A stretch of 64,000 nt of DNA from Bacilli bacterium (GCA_045119035.1 JBGVCU010000036.1:9060-73059), one strand, 5' to 3'. Numbered from the stretch's first letter, positions 28,616-40,306 are shown. A program made the numbers and translations. Notes: a model not told the origin generated them from the letters alone.

Positions 28616-29488
28616 ATGAAAAAAATTTTAAGCTTTTTATTTTTATTAGTAGTAGCTGTTTCTCTAGTTGCTTGCCGCGATAAAGATGGAGATGACACTC
28701 CTGCTGCTAGAACTTATGTAGTTGATGGTCAATTTACAGCTATCGCTGCAAATGATAACCACGGTGCTCCACAATTAACTTGGGTTACTGTAACTATTGA
28801 AAACGATCAAATTAAATCTTTCTATATTGATCAATTACAAACTAAAGATGGTGCATGGAATGCAAAAACTAAAAAAGAATTAGGATATGCTTATAGAATG
28901 CATGGTCAATGGACTTTAAGTGAAGAAGAATATATTGCTTACTTACAAGAAAACAACAAAAAAGAATGGTTCGAACAAGCTGCATTAATCGAAGCTCAAT
29001 TATTAGTTTCTACAGATGTAGCTGTTAATGCTGAAGGATATATCCAAGGTATTTCTGGTGTATCTATCGCTGATAATGATTACATTGCATTAGCTAAAAA
29101 AGCTGTTGAAAATGCAAAAGCTGGAATCATCAATACTTTCGTTGCTAACGTTTATAACGGATCTATCAACTTAGTATTAGCTTCTGGTAAAGTTAACGCT
29201 GAAGGTAAAATTGTTGAAGCTAAATTAGATGAAAGACAAACTAAAGATGGTGCATGGAACGCTAAAACTAAACAAGAATTAGGTACTGATTATGGTATGA
29301 GCGCTGCTAAAATCGATAAAAACGGTGATGGAATCACTTTAGAATGGTTTGAACAAGCTAACGCTATTACTACTGCATGGTTAGCAGGATCTAATATCTC
29401 TGATATTACATCTGTTTCTGGTGTTACTATTACAGATAACGATTACAACACTGTATTAGCTAAATTAGCTCAAGGATGGACTAAATAG
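28616..29488 (+). CDS. lipoprotein with two tandem FMN-binding-like domains (putative extracytoplasmic flavoprotein)
   Basis: Signal peptide with lipobox LVAC. Internal duplication: ..QTKDGAWNAKTKKELGYAYRM...GYIQGISGVSIADNDY.. and ..QTKDGAWNAKTKQELGTDYGM...ISDITSVSGVTITDNDY... The motif resembles the FMN_bind D.[ST]GA[ST] flavinylation site, with Ala replaced by Val. Confidence 0.5.
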   Translation: MKKILSFLFLLVVAVSLVACRDKDGDDTPAARTYVVDGQFTAIAANDNHGAPQLTWVTVTIENDQIKSFYIDQLQTKDGAWNAKTKKELGYAYRMHGQWTLSEEEYIAYLQENNKKEWFEQAALIEAQLLVSTDVAVNAEGYIQGISGVSIADNDYIALAKKAVENAKAGIINTFVANVYNGSINLVLASGKVNAEGKIVEAKLDERQTKDGAWNAKTKQELGTDYGMSAAKIDKNGDGITLEWFEQANAITTAWLAGSNISDITSVSGVTITDNDYNTVLAKLAQGWTK

Positions 29489-29504
29489 TCTTAACTAGTA
29501 ATTA

Positions 29505-29536
29505 AATAGATCTCTAAAAAGAGATCTATTTTTTAT
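29505..29536 (+). terminator. rho-independent terminator after the lipoprotein gene
   Basis: AATAGATCTCT-aaaa-AGAGATCTATT followed by T-run. Confidence 0.8.
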
Positions 29537-29668
29537 TTTGTAAAAATGGTTTTAATATATAAGGTTTATTGCTTGAAAAAAAGGGAAAAATGGTTTATAA
29601 TATAATGTATTACAAAATAAAATGGCGTATTTTACGCAGTTTAATTTTTATTTAGCAAGGAGTTTATT

Positions 29669-31045
29669 ATGTCAGACATTACAATGGAAAAATTTGTTAA
29701 TTATCTTAAGGGATTAGGATATGTTTACCAAGGTAGTGAAATCTATGGTGGTTTAGCAAATGCTTGGGATTACGGTCCTTTAGGAGTTGAATTAAAAAGA
29801 AATATTAAAGATGCATGGTGGAAGAAGTTTGTTCAAAATAATCCGTATAATGTAGGATTAGATGCAGCTATTTTAATGAATCCAGAAACTTGGGTTGCAA
29901 GTGGTCACGTAGGTGGATTTAGTGATCCAATGTTAGATTGTAAAAAATGTGGTTCACGTCATCGTGCTGATAAATTAATTGAAGATTTTACAAAAGGTGA
30001 ACTTACAGGAGATGGATGGGATAATGACAAATTATATCAATATTTAATTGATAATAATGTTGTATGTCCTGTATGTGGTAATTTAGATTACACACCTATT
30101 CGTAAATTTAACTTAATGTTTAAAACAAATCAAGGTGTTATCGAAGATGCTAAAAATACAGTATATTTAAGACCAGAAACTGCTCAAGGTATTTTTGTTA
30201 ACTTCAAAAATGTTCAAAGAACAACACGTAGAAAAGTACCATTTGGTATTGGACAAGTTGGTAAATCATTTAGAAATGAAATTACACCAGGTAACTTTAT
30301 TTTTAGAACACGTGAATTTGAACAAATGGAACTTGAATTTTTCTGTAAACCAGATACAGATTTAGAATGGTTTGATTATTGGAAACAATACTGTTTAGAT
30401 TTCGTTTCTTTAATTGGATTAAAAGCAGATAGATTACGTTACCGTGATCATGATAAAGAAGAATTAAGTTTCTATTCAAAAGCAACTACTGACATTGAAT
30501 TTAAATTCTTCTTTGGTTGGGGTGAACTTTGGGGTATTGCTGATAGAACAGATTATGACTTAAAATGTCATCAAAATCATTCTAAAGTAAACCTTGAATA
30601 TTTAGATCCTGAAACAAATCAAAAATATATTCCGTATGTTGTTGAACCAAGTGTTGGTGTTGAAAGATTATTACTTGCTGTATTAACAAGTGCATATGAA
30701 GAAGAAGTATTAGCTGAAGGAGATACAAGAGAAGTATTACATTTACATCCTGCACTTGCTCCTGTTAAAATTGCTGTACTTCCACTTGTAAATAAATTAA
30801 ATGATAAAGCTACTGAACTTTTCCATAATTTATCTAAAAAATATATTTGTGAATTTGATACAAGCGGTAAAATTGGTAAAAGATATCGTAGACAAGATGC
30901 AATTGGTACACCATACTGTATCACTGTAGACTTTGATACTTTAGAAAACAATACTGTTACTGTAAGAATGCGTGATTCAATGGAACAAGTACGTGTTTCA
31001 ATTGATGAACTTGACTCATTCTTTAATGGTAAATTTGATTTATAA
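29669..31045 (+). CDS. glyQS: glycyl-tRNA synthetase (alpha2 dimeric type)
   Basis: 458 aa. N-terminus [39 protein letters not shown] is typical of GlyQS. Class II motifs present. Confidence 0.9.
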   Translation: MSDITMEKFVNYLKGLGYVYQGSEIYGGLANAWDYGPLGVELKRNIKDAWWKKFVQNNPYNVGLDAAILMNPETWVASGHVGGFSDPMLDCKKCGSRHRADKLIEDFTKGELTGDGWDNDKLYQYLIDNNVVCPVCGNLDYTPIRKFNLMFKTNQGVIEDAKNTVYLRPETAQGIFVNFKNVQRTTRRKVPFGIGQVGKSFRNEITPGNFIFRTREFEQMELEFFCKPDTDLEWFDYWKQYCLDFVSLIGLKADRLRYRDHDKEELSFYSKATTDIEFKFFFGWGELWGIADRTDYDLKCHQNHSKVNLEYLDPETNQKYIPYVVEPSVGVERLLLAVLTSAYEEEVLAEGDTREVLHLHPALAPVKIAVLPLVNKLNDKATELFHNLSKKYICEFDTSGKIGKRYRRQDAIGTPYCITVDFDTLENNTVTVRMRDSMEQVRVSIDELDSFFNGKFDL

Positions 31046-31068
31046 TTTTAAAAAAAGGAATGATTTAA

Positions 31069-32961
31069 ATGAATCTACAAGAGTTAAGCAATCAAGTCAT
31101 TGCTCAGGCTAATATTATAGATATCATTGGTGAAGTTGTTGAACTTAAAAAACAAAAAGGTGGCCATTGGGGTCTTTGTCCTTTTCACGATGATAATCAT
31201 GCTTCGATGTCGGTTATAGACCGTGACAATATGAAAATATTTAATTGCTTTTCTTGTGGAGAAAAAGGAAATGTAATTTCGTTTTATTCTAAGTATTATG
31301 GAATCTCTTATGGACAAGCAACAATTAAACTTGCATTAAAATTAGGTATTCCAGTTGATAATTATTTGCTTACAGATAATCATCAAAATGAAAAACTATA
31401 TAAAATAATGGAAGAAGCTCAAAATTTCTATTCATTCTATTTATTAAATTCAACTGAGTCTGATAAAGCATTAGAATATTTAGAAAAACGTGGTATTACA
31501 AAAGATATTATTGAAGAATTTAAAATTGGTCTTGCTCCTAGTTCAATGGATGATTTACATCAAACATTAAATGGAATGGATGTTAATGAACTTGATCAAA
31601 TAGAATTAGGTTTAGTTAATACAAATCAGCAAGGTAAAAATTATGATGTTTTTAGAAAAAGAATCATATTTCCAATTATAAATCAATATAATAAAATCGT
31701 TGGATTTAGTGGTAGAACGTATTTAGAAGAACAAAAAAATGAATCTAAATATGTTAACTCTAAAGAAACAAAGATATTCCATAAAGGAAATATCTTATAC
31801 AATTTCTATAATGCACAAAAAGTAGGAAGAAGTGAAAATAGAATCTTTGTATTTGAAGGATTTATGGATGTTATTGCTGGACATAAAGCAGGAATTTATA
31901 ATAGCGTTGCTGCTATGGGTACAGCTTTTACTGATGAACATGTAAAGAAATTATTAAATGTAACTAATAATATTATTTTATGTTTTGATGGTGATGAAGC
32001 TGGTATTAATGCTTTGAGAAAAACTGTAATTACTTTTTCAAAGTTTAATATGATTCCAAATGCTGTTATTTTACCTAATGGAATGGATCCAGATGAATAT
32101 TTAAATAAATTTGGTAAAGATCAATTAAAAGCATATCTTTCTACAAATCATAAAAATGCTTTAGATGTTTTATATGAATATGAATTAAGTAAAATTATAA
32201 TTGATAATGTATTAATAAATGATATTATTAAACTTGAAACTTTTAAGCATAACATATTTACTACTATTTTAGGTATTAGTCAAGGTACTATTATTGAACA
32301 TTATTTAAATAAAGTTGCTAATGATTTAAGTTTAAATATTGAAATTATTAAAAAAGATTTTGAAACATTTATAAATTCAAATAATACTAATTATGTTCCT
32401 GTAAAAGAAGTTGTTAATGTTCCTGTAATTGATGAAATTATAGATGAAGAGTTCAACCAACCAATTAGTCAAATTAGATTAAAAGGAACTGTAAAGAGAA
32501 AACATCAACTTGCGTTACGTGGAATAATTGCTGAGATGTTTAAAGATCATCATCGTTTTGGTCAAGCTTATGAATCAATCGGTGAAGATTTATTCTATAT
32601 TTGTAAAGAGTTAGATGATTATACATCAATTATTCTAGATATTCATCATTATTATAATGAAAAAACTGATTATGTGACAAAACGTTATTTTATCAATAAT
32701 CCTGAAATCTTATATAATAATAAAGATAGTAAACAATATCTAATGTGTTTAGATATTATGAATAGCATTGAATATAAAAATCCAAGTAATGAAAGAGCAT
32801 TTTACGAAAATATTAATTGTATTAAAGAACTTATTAAGTATCAAGCAATAGATTGGATTAGAACCGAAGTAATGAATAATAAAACAAATAAAAATGTCTT
32901 TAATTTAATTAATCAAATTAAAGACACAACTAAAATTAAAAGAAATAGTAAGAAGGGGTAA
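31069..32961 (+). CDS. dnaG: DNA primase
   Basis: Zinc finger [36 protein letters not shown]. dnaG-rpoD operon arrangement. Confidence 0.9.
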   Translation: MNLQELSNQVIAQANIIDIIGEVVELKKQKGGHWGLCPFHDDNHASMSVIDRDNMKIFNCFSCGEKGNVISFYSKYYGISYGQATIKLALKLGIPVDNYLLTDNHQNEKLYKIMEEAQNFYSFYLLNSTESDKALEYLEKRGITKDIIEEFKIGLAPSSMDDLHQTLNGMDVNELDQIELGLVNTNQQGKNYDVFRKRIIFPIINQYNKIVGFSGRTYLEEQKNESKYVNSKETKIFHKGNILYNFYNAQKVGRSENRIFVFEGFMDVIAGHKAGIYNSVAAMGTAFTDEHVKKLLNVTNNIILCFDGDEAGINALRKTVITFSKFNMIPNAVILPNGMDPDEYLNKFGKDQLKAYLSTNHKNALDVLYEYELSKIIIDNVLINDIIKLETFKHNIFTTILGISQGTIIEHYLNKVANDLSLNIEIIKKDFETFINSNNTNYVPVKEVVNVPVIDEIIDEEFNQPISQIRLKGTVKRKHQLALRGIIAEMFKDHHRFGQAYESIGEDLFYICKELDDYTSIILDIHHYYNEKTDYVTKRYFINNPEILYNNKDSKQYLMCLDIMNSIEYKNPSNERAFYENINCIKELIKYQAIDWIRTEVMNNKTNKNVFNLINQIKDTTKIKRNSKKG

Positions 32962-32965
32962 ATCT

Positions 32966-34234
32966 ATGGATGAAATGTTATTAAAAGATAAAATAGAACA
33001 ACTTAAAGAATATGGAATGAAAAAAGAATATATTCCATTAAGTAAAATTATTGAAGTAATCGATAGTGATTCTGATGACTTATTAGACGATGTAATTAAA
33101 GAACTAGAAAACGATGGTTTTGAAGTTACAAGAGATAGCGAAGATGTTCCGACTGAAGAAGATTTATTAATTGAAAAAAGCGATGATGAGTTTGAAGCAT
33201 TCATTGACGATGTAGAAATGGATGATGAATTAGAAGAATTAGCATCAAGCGTAGAAAATGAAATTAAAGTTTCAGATTTTGATGACATTGTTGCTGGAAA
33301 TCATCAAGCTGATGACCCTGTTAGAATGTATTTAAGAGATATTGGACAAATTGAATTATTAAATGTTAACCAAGAATCTGAATATGCTAGAACTGTTCAA
33401 GAAGGTATCATGGCTAAAGAGAAAATTGAACAATATAAAAAACTTGGACGTCATATTAGTGAAGAAGAACTTGCTTTATTAAATGAAAAGATTGCTCATG
33501 GTGAAGAAGCAAGAAATATTTTAATTGAATCAAACTTACGTCTAGTAGTTTCAATTGCAAAAAGATACTTACTTAGAGGGCTTCCTTTCTTAGATTTAAT
33601 TCAAGAAGGTAATATGGGGCTTATGAAAGCTGTTTATAAATTTGACCCAACAAAAGGATTCAAATTCTCTACATATGCAACATGGTGGATTCGTCAATCT
33701 ATTACAAGAGCTATTGCTGACCAAGGTAGAACAATTCGTATTCCAGTTCATATGGTTGAAACAATTAACAAATTAAGCCGTGCTACACGTAGACTTACTC
33801 AAGAAAAACGTCGTGAGCCTACTTTAGAAGAAATTGCAGCAGAAATGAAAATTTCTGTAGAAAAAGTACAACAAATTCAAAAGATTGCTCAAGAACCTAA
33901 ATCAATTGATGAAGCTGTCGGTGAAGAGGATGATTCAAGCCTAGGGGATTTCATTGCTGATGAACAAACTCTAAACCCACTTGAATATACTCAATCTCAA
34001 GCATATCGTGAAGAAATTGATGCTGTACTTCAAACTCTTACTCCAAGAGAAGAAAAAGTAATTCGTTTAAGAAACGGTTTAGATGATAATAGACCTCGTA
34101 CATTAGAAGAAGTTGGTCGCGAATTTAATGTAACAAGAGAACGTATTCGTCAAATTGAAGCAAGAGCAATTCGCAGATTACGTCATCCATCTCGTTTAAA
34201 GAGATTACAACATCATTTAAATAGACAAGATTAA
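32966..34234 (+). CDS. rpoD: RNA polymerase primary sigma factor (sigma-A / sigma-70)
   Basis: Acidic region 1.1. Regions 2 to 4 include [34 protein letters not shown] and a region 4 HTH. Confidence 0.93.
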   Translation: MDEMLLKDKIEQLKEYGMKKEYIPLSKIIEVIDSDSDDLLDDVIKELENDGFEVTRDSEDVPTEEDLLIEKSDDEFEAFIDDVEMDDELEELASSVENEIKVSDFDDIVAGNHQADDPVRMYLRDIGQIELLNVNQESEYARTVQEGIMAKEKIEQYKKLGRHISEEELALLNEKIAHGEEARNILIESNLRLVVSIAKRYLLRGLPFLDLIQEGNMGLMKAVYKFDPTKGFKFSTYATWWIRQSITRAIADQGRTIRIPVHMVETINKLSRATRRLTQEKRREPTLEEIAAEMKISVEKVQQIQKIAQEPKSIDEAVGEEDDSSLGDFIADEQTLNPLEYTQSQAYREEIDAVLQTLTPREEKVIRLRNGLDDNRPRTLEEVGREFNVTRERIRQIEARAIRRLRHPSRLKRLQHHLNRQD

Positions 34235-34240
34235 AAATAA

Positions 34241-34266
34241 ATAGCTCCATCTAGGAGCTATTTTTA
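34241..34266 (+). terminator. rho-independent terminator after rpoD (weak, may allow read-through to trmK)
   Basis: ATAGCTCC-atct-a-GGAGCTAT followed by TTTTT. Confidence 0.6.
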
Positions 34267-34281
34267 AAAAAAGGATAAATT

Positions 34282-34926
34282 ATGATTAATAAAAGATTAG
34301 AAGTAGTTAATAAATTTATAGATAAAAATGATATCCTTGCAGATATTGGGTGTGATCATGGTTATCTAGGTATTATGGCATTAAATAAAGGTGTAAAATT
34401 TGTTCAATTTATTGATAATAAACAAGGACCACTAAATCAAGCAAAATTAAATTGCGAAAACATTGACTCAAATTGTATAGAATTCACATTAAGTAGTGGA
34501 TTTAATGATTTAAATGATAATGTTGATACTATTGCTTTTTGTGGTGTGGGTGGAGAATTATTAATTGAAGTAATTAATGAAGATTTAGATAAGGCTAAGA
34601 AACTAAAAAAATTAATTTTACAACCAAATAAAAATGAAGATCGCCTAAGAAAATATTTATTTGAAAATAATTTTAAAATAATTGATGAAGAAGTTGTTTT
34701 TGATAAAGATAAATACTATGAAATCATTTTATGTAAGTATGTTAATGAAGCTATTATTTATAATGATTTAGATATTAAATATGGGCCGATATTAAGAATC
34801 AATAAATCAAATACTTTTATTAGTAAATGGAATGAAAAACTTTCTAAATATCAAAAAATTAATCAAAATAATCCTAATTTATATAATAATGAAATAGAAG
34901 AAATTAAAAAGATTATCGAAAAATAA
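34282..34926 (+). CDS. trmK: tRNA (adenine22-N1)-methyltransferase TrmK (YqfN family)
   Basis: LADIGCDHGYLGI and LILQPN blocks match B. subtilis TrmK/YqfN. Lies immediately after sigA as in Bacillus. Confidence 0.8.
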   Translation: MINKRLEVVNKFIDKNDILADIGCDHGYLGIMALNKGVKFVQFIDNKQGPLNQAKLNCENIDSNCIEFTLSSGFNDLNDNVDTIAFCGVGGELLIEVINEDLDKAKKLKKLILQPNKNEDRLRKYLFENNFKIIDEEVVFDKDKYYEIILCKYVNEAIIYNDLDIKYGPILRINKSNTFISKWNEKLSKYQKINQNNPNLYNNEIEEIKKIIEK

Positions 34927-34949
34927 AAGAGAGCTTAAAGCTCTCTTTT
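34925..34949. terminator. bidirectional terminator between trmK and the convergent ferredoxin gene
   Basis: Perfect palindrome AAAAGAGAGCTTAAGCTCTCTTTT. Confidence 0.75.
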
Positions 34950-34957
34950 ATAATTAA

Positions 34958-35140
34958 CTATTCTTCAACGATGCAGTCAACAGGACAGTTTTCTTGGCAA
35001 ACACCACAATCGATGCAAGCATCTGCATCAATTACATAGATGTCACCTTCAGAAATACATTCAACTGGACAGTTTGAAGCACATGTACCACAAGCGATAC
35101 AAGCATCAGTAATTTTTCTTGGCATGAATAGTACCTCCAT
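34958..35140 (-). CDS. fer: 2x[4Fe-4S] clostridial-type ferredoxin (60 aa)
   Basis: Two CxxCxxCxxxCP motifs (CIACGTCASNCP, CIDCGVCQENCP). Confidence 0.88.
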   Translation of the reverse strand: MEVLFMPRKITDACIACGTCASNCPVECISEGDIYVIDADACIDCGVCQENCPVDCIVEE

Positions 35141-35356
35141 TAATTATTTGACTATATTTTATCATTTAAATATTAAATTTGCAAGTTTCTTGCGTAGGAA
35201 AAAATAGTAATTATAAAATATGTAAAAAAAAACATTATAATTTGTTAATTAAACAAATATATAAAACAAATATATTTTTAATAAATTAATTTACTTGAAA
35301 AAATATTGATTTTTTGATATAATAGATATAGAAAATATCAAAGGAGACTTATTAAT

Positions 35357-35575
35357 ATGGTAAAATGGTGGGTATTATTAATCTGTATTATTGGATGTCT
35401 ATTAGCTGGTTTAGTAGCAGGATTCTTAATTACTAAGAAAATTTTCGAAAAACAATTAAAAGACAATCCGCCAATTAATCGTAATATGATTAAAGCTTTA
35501 TATTCTCAAATGGGACGTAAACCATCTGAAAAAGATATTAATCGTATTATGGAATCAATGAATAAATATAAATAA
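35357..35575 (+). CDS. yneF: UPF0154 family small membrane protein (YneF-like)
   Basis: 72 aa, N-terminal TM helix. ..NPPINRNMIKALYSQMGRKPSEKDINRIMESMNK closely matches B. subtilis YneF. Confidence 0.8.
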   Translation: MVKWWVLLICIIGCLLAGLVAGFLITKKIFEKQLKDNPPINRNMIKALYSQMGRKPSEKDINRIMESMNKYK

Positions 35576-35580
35576 TAATC

Positions 35581-35612
35581 ATACTGTAAGGTAATACTTA
35601 CAGTATTTTTAT
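35581..35612 (+). terminator. rho-independent terminator after yneF
   Basis: ATACTGTAAG-gtaata-CTTACAGTAT followed by TTTTT. Confidence 0.8.
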
Positions 35613-35728
35613 TTTTAAAAAATAGTTTAGTAAATTAATACCATAAAATTTATTTTTTTAGTATAATTATAGTGTATTAAAGTTTTTAACTTTTTTTAAA
35701 TTGATATAATAAATATAAGGAGAAGAGT

Positions 35729-36931
35729 ATGTATAACCGCAAAAAATGTGTTGCAATGCTACTTGCAGGTGGTCAAGGGAGTAGACTATTTGCACTTACT
35801 ACAAATGTAGCAAAACCAGCTGTTTCTTTTGGAGCAAAATACAGAATTATTGATTTTACTTTATCAAACTGTATTAACTCTAATATTGATACTGTTGGTG
35901 TATTAACTCAATATCAACCACTAATCTTAAATGATTATATTGGTAATGGACAACCATGGGACTTAGATAGAACTTTTGGTGGAGTTCATATTTTACCTCC
36001 ATATCAAGCAAAAGATAGAATGGATTGGTATAAAGGTACTGCGAATGCTATTTATCAAAATTTAAGTTTTATTCGTAACTATCATCCTGATCATGTTTTA
36101 ATATTATCAGGTGACCATATTTATAAAATGGACTATAATGCAATGTTAGAATATCATATTCAACAAAATGCTGATTGTACAATTGCTGTTTTAGAAGTTC
36201 CAATGGATGAAGCTAGTCGTTTTGGTATTATGAATACTAATGAAGATAGTCAAATTATTGACTTTGAAGAAAAACCAGCTAAACCTAAGAGTAATAAAGC
36301 ATCAATGGGGATTTATATTTTTAAAGCTGATATTTTAGAAAAATATTTAATTGAAGATGAAAATGATCCTAGTTCAAAGAATGACTTTGGTAAAAATATT
36401 ATTCCAAATTTATTAAATACAGGTAAAAGATTATTTGCATATCCTTTTAAAGGATATTGGAAAGATGTTGGTACTATTAAGAGTTTATGGGAAGCAAATC
36501 AAGATTTAATTGGTGATAGTCCAGCATTTGATATTTATGATTCTAATTGGAAGATTCATTCAAGAAATAGTGGAATTGAACCACAATATCTTGCTAAAGG
36601 TTCTGTTGTTAAGAACTCTTTAATTTCAGGGGGATCTAAAATCTACGGAACAGTAATTAACAGTGTTATTGGAACAAGTGTTGTTATTGAAAAAGGTGCT
36701 GTAGTAAAAGATTCTGTAATTTTCTCTGGTACAGTTATCAAAGAAAATGCTGATGTTAATTATTGTATTATTGATGAAAATGTAACAATAGGTAAACATT
36801 CTTCACTTGGTATTGATAAAGAATTTAGTAAAGGTATTACTGTTGTTGGACGTGATACAGTTATTGATGACTATGAAGTTATTATGGATGATCAAAATAT
36901 TGAATCTGTAAACAGAAAGGGGAATAAATAA
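35729..36931 (+). CDS. glgC: glucose-1-phosphate adenylyltransferase
   Basis: N-terminal LAGGQGSRL nucleotidyl-transferase motif. C-terminal left-handed beta-helix. Confidence 0.9.
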   Translation: MYNRKKCVAMLLAGGQGSRLFALTTNVAKPAVSFGAKYRIIDFTLSNCINSNIDTVGVLTQYQPLILNDYIGNGQPWDLDRTFGGVHILPPYQAKDRMDWYKGTANAIYQNLSFIRNYHPDHVLILSGDHIYKMDYNAMLEYHIQQNADCTIAVLEVPMDEASRFGIMNTNEDSQIIDFEEKPAKPKSNKASMGIYIFKADILEKYLIEDENDPSSKNDFGKNIIPNLLNTGKRLFAYPFKGYWKDVGTIKSLWEANQDLIGDSPAFDIYDSNWKIHSRNSGIEPQYLAKGSVVKNSLISGGSKIYGTVINSVIGTSVVIEKGAVVKDSVIFSGTVIKENADVNYCIIDENVTIGKHSSLGIDKEFSKGITVVGRDTVIDDYEVIMDDQNIESVNRKGNK

Positions 36932-38046
36932 TGAGAGCATTAGGTGTAATTTTTTCAAATTCTGAAGCTGAATCACTTTATGAAATAACTCGCAAAAGAA
37001 CAACTGGTTCAATCCCTTTTGGTGGAAGATATCGTTTAATTGACTTTGCTTTATCTAATATGGTAAGCGCGAGAATTTCTAATGTTGCAGTACTTACTCA
37101 ACGTAATTATCAATCTTTAATGGATCATTTAGGATCTGGTAAAGAATGGGATATGTCTAGAAAAAATGGTGGTTTAGTAATATTCCCTCCATTTAGTTCA
37201 CATAAGAGTGATAGTTTATATTCAACTCGTCTTGAAGCTTTAAAATCAATTAAAAGCTATATTGAAAAACAACATCCTGAAATTGTTGTTTTATCAGATA
37301 GTGATAGTGTAAATACAATTAATTTACCTGAATTAATTGAAAAGCATGAAGATAATCGTGCTGATATTACTGTTGCTTATAAAAATATGGAAGTTACTAG
37401 CGATTTAATGTTTAATTTGAATTTGACTTTAGATTCATTTGATCGTGTAACAAGTGCTAAATTAAAAACTCCAATTGGAACTAACGCTAATTTATCTGTT
37501 AACTTATTTGTATTTAATACTGCTGTATTGATGGGTTTAATTGATGATGCTATTTCAAGAGGTTTAACTGATTTATTTGCTGATATTATTTTCCCAAATA
37601 TTGCATCATTAAGAGTATTTGGATATGAATATAAAGGACTTTATATGCATATTTCTAATATGGAAAATTATTATCAAAATAATTTAAGATTGCTTGATAG
37701 TAGTGTTAGAGAACAATTATTCGAACAAGAAAGTCATGGTATTTATACAAAAGTTCGTGACTCAGCTCCTACTAAATATGGTAATAATGTTTATATTGAA
37801 AATAGCTTTATTGCTGATGGATGCGAAATTGAAGGTCAAGTAATTAATAGTATCTTATTTAGAGGTGTCAGAGTTGGTGCTGGTACTGTTATAAAAGATT
37901 CTATTTTAATGCAAGATACAATGGTTGGTCATAATGTTAATTTAACTGCTGTAATTACTGATAAAAATGTTATTATTAGTGATAGAACTAACCTAATGGG
38001 ATGTGAAAAAATCCCTTATTACATTGGTAAAAATTCTAGAGTTTAG
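36931..38046 (+). CDS. glgD: glucose-1-phosphate adenylyltransferase subunit GlgD (non-catalytic)
   Basis: Paralog of GlgC with a degenerate N-terminal motif (GGRYRLIDF). Start overlaps the glgC stop. Confidence 0.85.
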   Translation: MRALGVIFSNSEAESLYEITRKRTTGSIPFGGRYRLIDFALSNMVSARISNVAVLTQRNYQSLMDHLGSGKEWDMSRKNGGLVIFPPFSSHKSDSLYSTRLEALKSIKSYIEKQHPEIVVLSDSDSVNTINLPELIEKHEDNRADITVAYKNMEVTSDLMFNLNLTLDSFDRVTSAKLKTPIGTNANLSVNLFVFNTAVLMGLIDDAISRGLTDLFADIIFPNIASLRVFGYEYKGLYMHISNMENYYQNNLRLLDSSVREQLFEQESHGIYTKVRDSAPTKYGNNVYIENSFIADGCEIEGQVINSILFRGVRVGAGTVIKDSILMQDTMVGHNVNLTAVITDKNVIISDRTNLMGCEKIPYYIGKNSRV

Positions 38047-38054
38047 AGGTTCGT

Positions 38055-39497
38055 ATGGCAAAAAAAGTATTTTTTATTGCGTCTGAAGCACAACCTTATA
38101 TTGCTTCTGGTGGTTTAGGTGATGTAATAGGTTCACTTCCAAAAGCTATTGCAAAAGCAAGTAAAGAAGCATATGAAGTATCTGTGATATTACCTTTATA
38201 TGGAAAGATTGATCCAAAAGTAAGAATGAAGATGCAATATGTAGGTCAAACTAATATTTCATTATCATGGAGAAGATTATATTGCGCAATTTATAAATTA
38301 GTTGAAAAAGGTGTATCATATTATTTTATTGATAATGAATATTATTTTAAACGTGATCGTTTATATGGATATTTTGATGATGCAGAAAGATTTGCATATT
38401 TTTCTAAAGCTTCAATTGATTTAATGTTATATTTAAATGAAATACCTGATATTATTCATTGTCATGATTGGCAAACTGCTTTAGTTCCAATTTATTTACG
38501 TACTTTATATTATGGAAATGTATTATTTATGAATACAAAGACTATCTTTACTATTCATAATATTGAATATCAAGGTCAATATCATTTAGGTAAAGATTTA
38601 ATGGAAGATGTATTTGGACTTTCAATGAATGATTGTTATTTAGTTGAATATAACTATGGGTTAAATTTAATGAAAGGTGCAATGGAAGCATCAAATAAAG
38701 TTTCTACAGTTAGTCCAACATACGCAGAACAAATTACAACTTCAGAATATGCTCATAATTTAGAACATGAAGTACGTCGTGTTAAGGATGAAGGTAAATT
38801 ATTTGGTATTTTAAATGGAATCGATACTACATTTTATAATCCTTCAAAAGATAAAGCGATTTACAAAATGTATAATAAGGATTCTTTAGAACTTAAAAAA
38901 GTAAATAAAGAAGAACTTCAAAAAGAATTAGGACTTAAAGTAGATCCAAATATTCCAATTATTTCAATGGTAACTAGACTTGTTTCACACAAAGGACTTG
39001 ATACATTAAGGGATTCACTAGATCGTATTTTACAAGAAGATATTCAACTTGTTGTATTAGGAACTGGTGATGCTTATTATGAAAATATCTTAAAAGATGC
39101 ACAAGCTAGATATCCAGAAAAAGTTAGAGCAATTATTGCTTTTAACCAAGTGATGTCAAGAAAGATTTATGCTGGAAGTGATCTATTCTTAATGCCATCT
39201 AAATCTGAACCATGTGGTTTATCACAAATGATTGCTTCAACTTATGGTACAATAGCAATTGTTAGAGAAACTGGTGGATTAAAAGATAGTATCATCGATG
39301 TAAATAATAAAGGATTCGGTTATACGTTTAAATATAATGATCCTAATGAAATGTATGATACTATTAAAAGAGCTATTTGCGATTATCATTCAGAAAAATG
39401 GGATGAGATTGTTAAAAAAGCTATTAAAACAGACTTTAGTTGGAAAAAATCTGCTAAAGAATATATTAAAGAATATAATAAGTTGTTAAATATATAG
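38055..39497 (+). CDS. glgA: glycogen synthase (ADP-glucose type, GT5)
   Basis: N-terminus ..IASEAQPYIASGGLGDV.. (KxGGL-type motif). 480 aa. Confidence 0.9.
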   Translation: MAKKVFFIASEAQPYIASGGLGDVIGSLPKAIAKASKEAYEVSVILPLYGKIDPKVRMKMQYVGQTNISLSWRRLYCAIYKLVEKGVSYYFIDNEYYFKRDRLYGYFDDAERFAYFSKASIDLMLYLNEIPDIIHCHDWQTALVPIYLRTLYYGNVLFMNTKTIFTIHNIEYQGQYHLGKDLMEDVFGLSMNDCYLVEYNYGLNLMKGAMEASNKVSTVSPTYAEQITTSEYAHNLEHEVRRVKDEGKLFGILNGIDTTFYNPSKDKAIYKMYNKDSLELKKVNKEELQKELGLKVDPNIPIISMVTRLVSHKGLDTLRDSLDRILQEDIQLVVLGTGDAYYENILKDAQARYPEKVRAIIAFNQVMSRKIYAGSDLFLMPSKSEPCGLSQMIASTYGTIAIVRETGGLKDSIIDVNNKGFGYTFKYNDPNEMYDTIKRAICDYHSEKWDEIVKKAIKTDFSWKKSAKEYIKEYNKLLNI

Positions 39498-39524
39498 AAG
39501 ATTATTAGACTGCGAGATTAAATT

Positions 39525-40250
39525 ATGAAAAAAATTTTTGTATTGTTTTTTGTTATTTTATTAAGTGGATGTTCATTTGAAATTACTCCACCTACTAATA
39601 TTGAAAATAAGCCAAATGTTGAAGAAACAAAATTAGATAAAAATGACTATGGTACTATTTATAGTGAAGTAGCTCAAGTTTTATATACTTATAATATTGA
39701 TACACCTAATTTAGAAAGCCGTGAAGGTGTAAGAAGAAAATTAGATCAAGTAGAAAATAATGATGATTTATTATCTGTTGCTATTATGATTAAGATGTTT
39801 TCTGAAGTATATTTAAGTGAAAAATTTGATGGTGATCCTTCAAAAACAATTACTGTAAAAGGTGTTTATGAAGATGCTGAAATGATTTTTGATGTATGTA
39901 GTAAATATGAAGATGGATATATTTACGGATCAATTAGAAGCTATTCAGATGTATTTGCTCCAAATGAATCATTCAATTTTATTAAAGTTCAATATGATTT
40001 TGAAAAAAATAAAATAATTGCATTTGATTCTTATTCAGATTATTGTGAAGATGGAATTGAATATTCTAGATATGAAGATGGTGTAATTGCAAGATTAGAT
40101 TTAGAAACTATTGATGAAGAATATAATACAATCTATAATTATATTCAAACAACTAAAACTTCATTTGTTAGTGATATTCAAACTAGTATAAAGTTATCTA
40201 GTGATTTTTCAGAAGAAATCGCAAGAGTAATAGAGTATAGTCCTTTTTAG
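39525..40250 (+). CDS. hypothetical lipoprotein
   Basis: Signal peptide with lipobox LSGC. Acidic. No recognisable domain. Confidence 0.5.
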   Translation: MKKIFVLFFVILLSGCSFEITPPTNIENKPNVEETKLDKNDYGTIYSEVAQVLYTYNIDTPNLESREGVRRKLDQVENNDDLLSVAIMIKMFSEVYLSEKFDGDPSKTITVKGVYEDAEMIFDVCSKYEDGYIYGSIRSYSDVFAPNESFNFIKVQYDFEKNKIIAFDSYSDYCEDGIEYSRYEDGVIARLDLETIDEEYNTIYNYIQTTKTSFVSDIQTSIKLSSDFSEEIARVIEYSPF

Positions 40251-40272
40251 TAATCAATATTAATTTATAAAT

Positions 40273-40306
40273 AAAGATGAATCAATTAAGATTCATCTTT
40301 TTATTT
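40273..40306 (+). terminator. rho-independent terminator after lipoprotein gene
   Basis: AAAGATGAAT-caattaag-ATTCATCTTT followed by T-run. Confidence 0.8.

Noticed and set aside
29540-29668. Possible T-box or riboswitch upstream of glyQS
   Set aside because: Interval too short and lacks the T-box consensus. Only a promoter-like element found. Kept as a negative finding.
32905-33288. 127-aa Ser-rich minus-strand ORF overlapping the dnaG end and rpoD start
   Set aside because: It is the antisense of the GA-rich acidic region 1.1 coding sequence of rpoD, which gives a poly-Ser artefact. Both sense genes are strongly supported.
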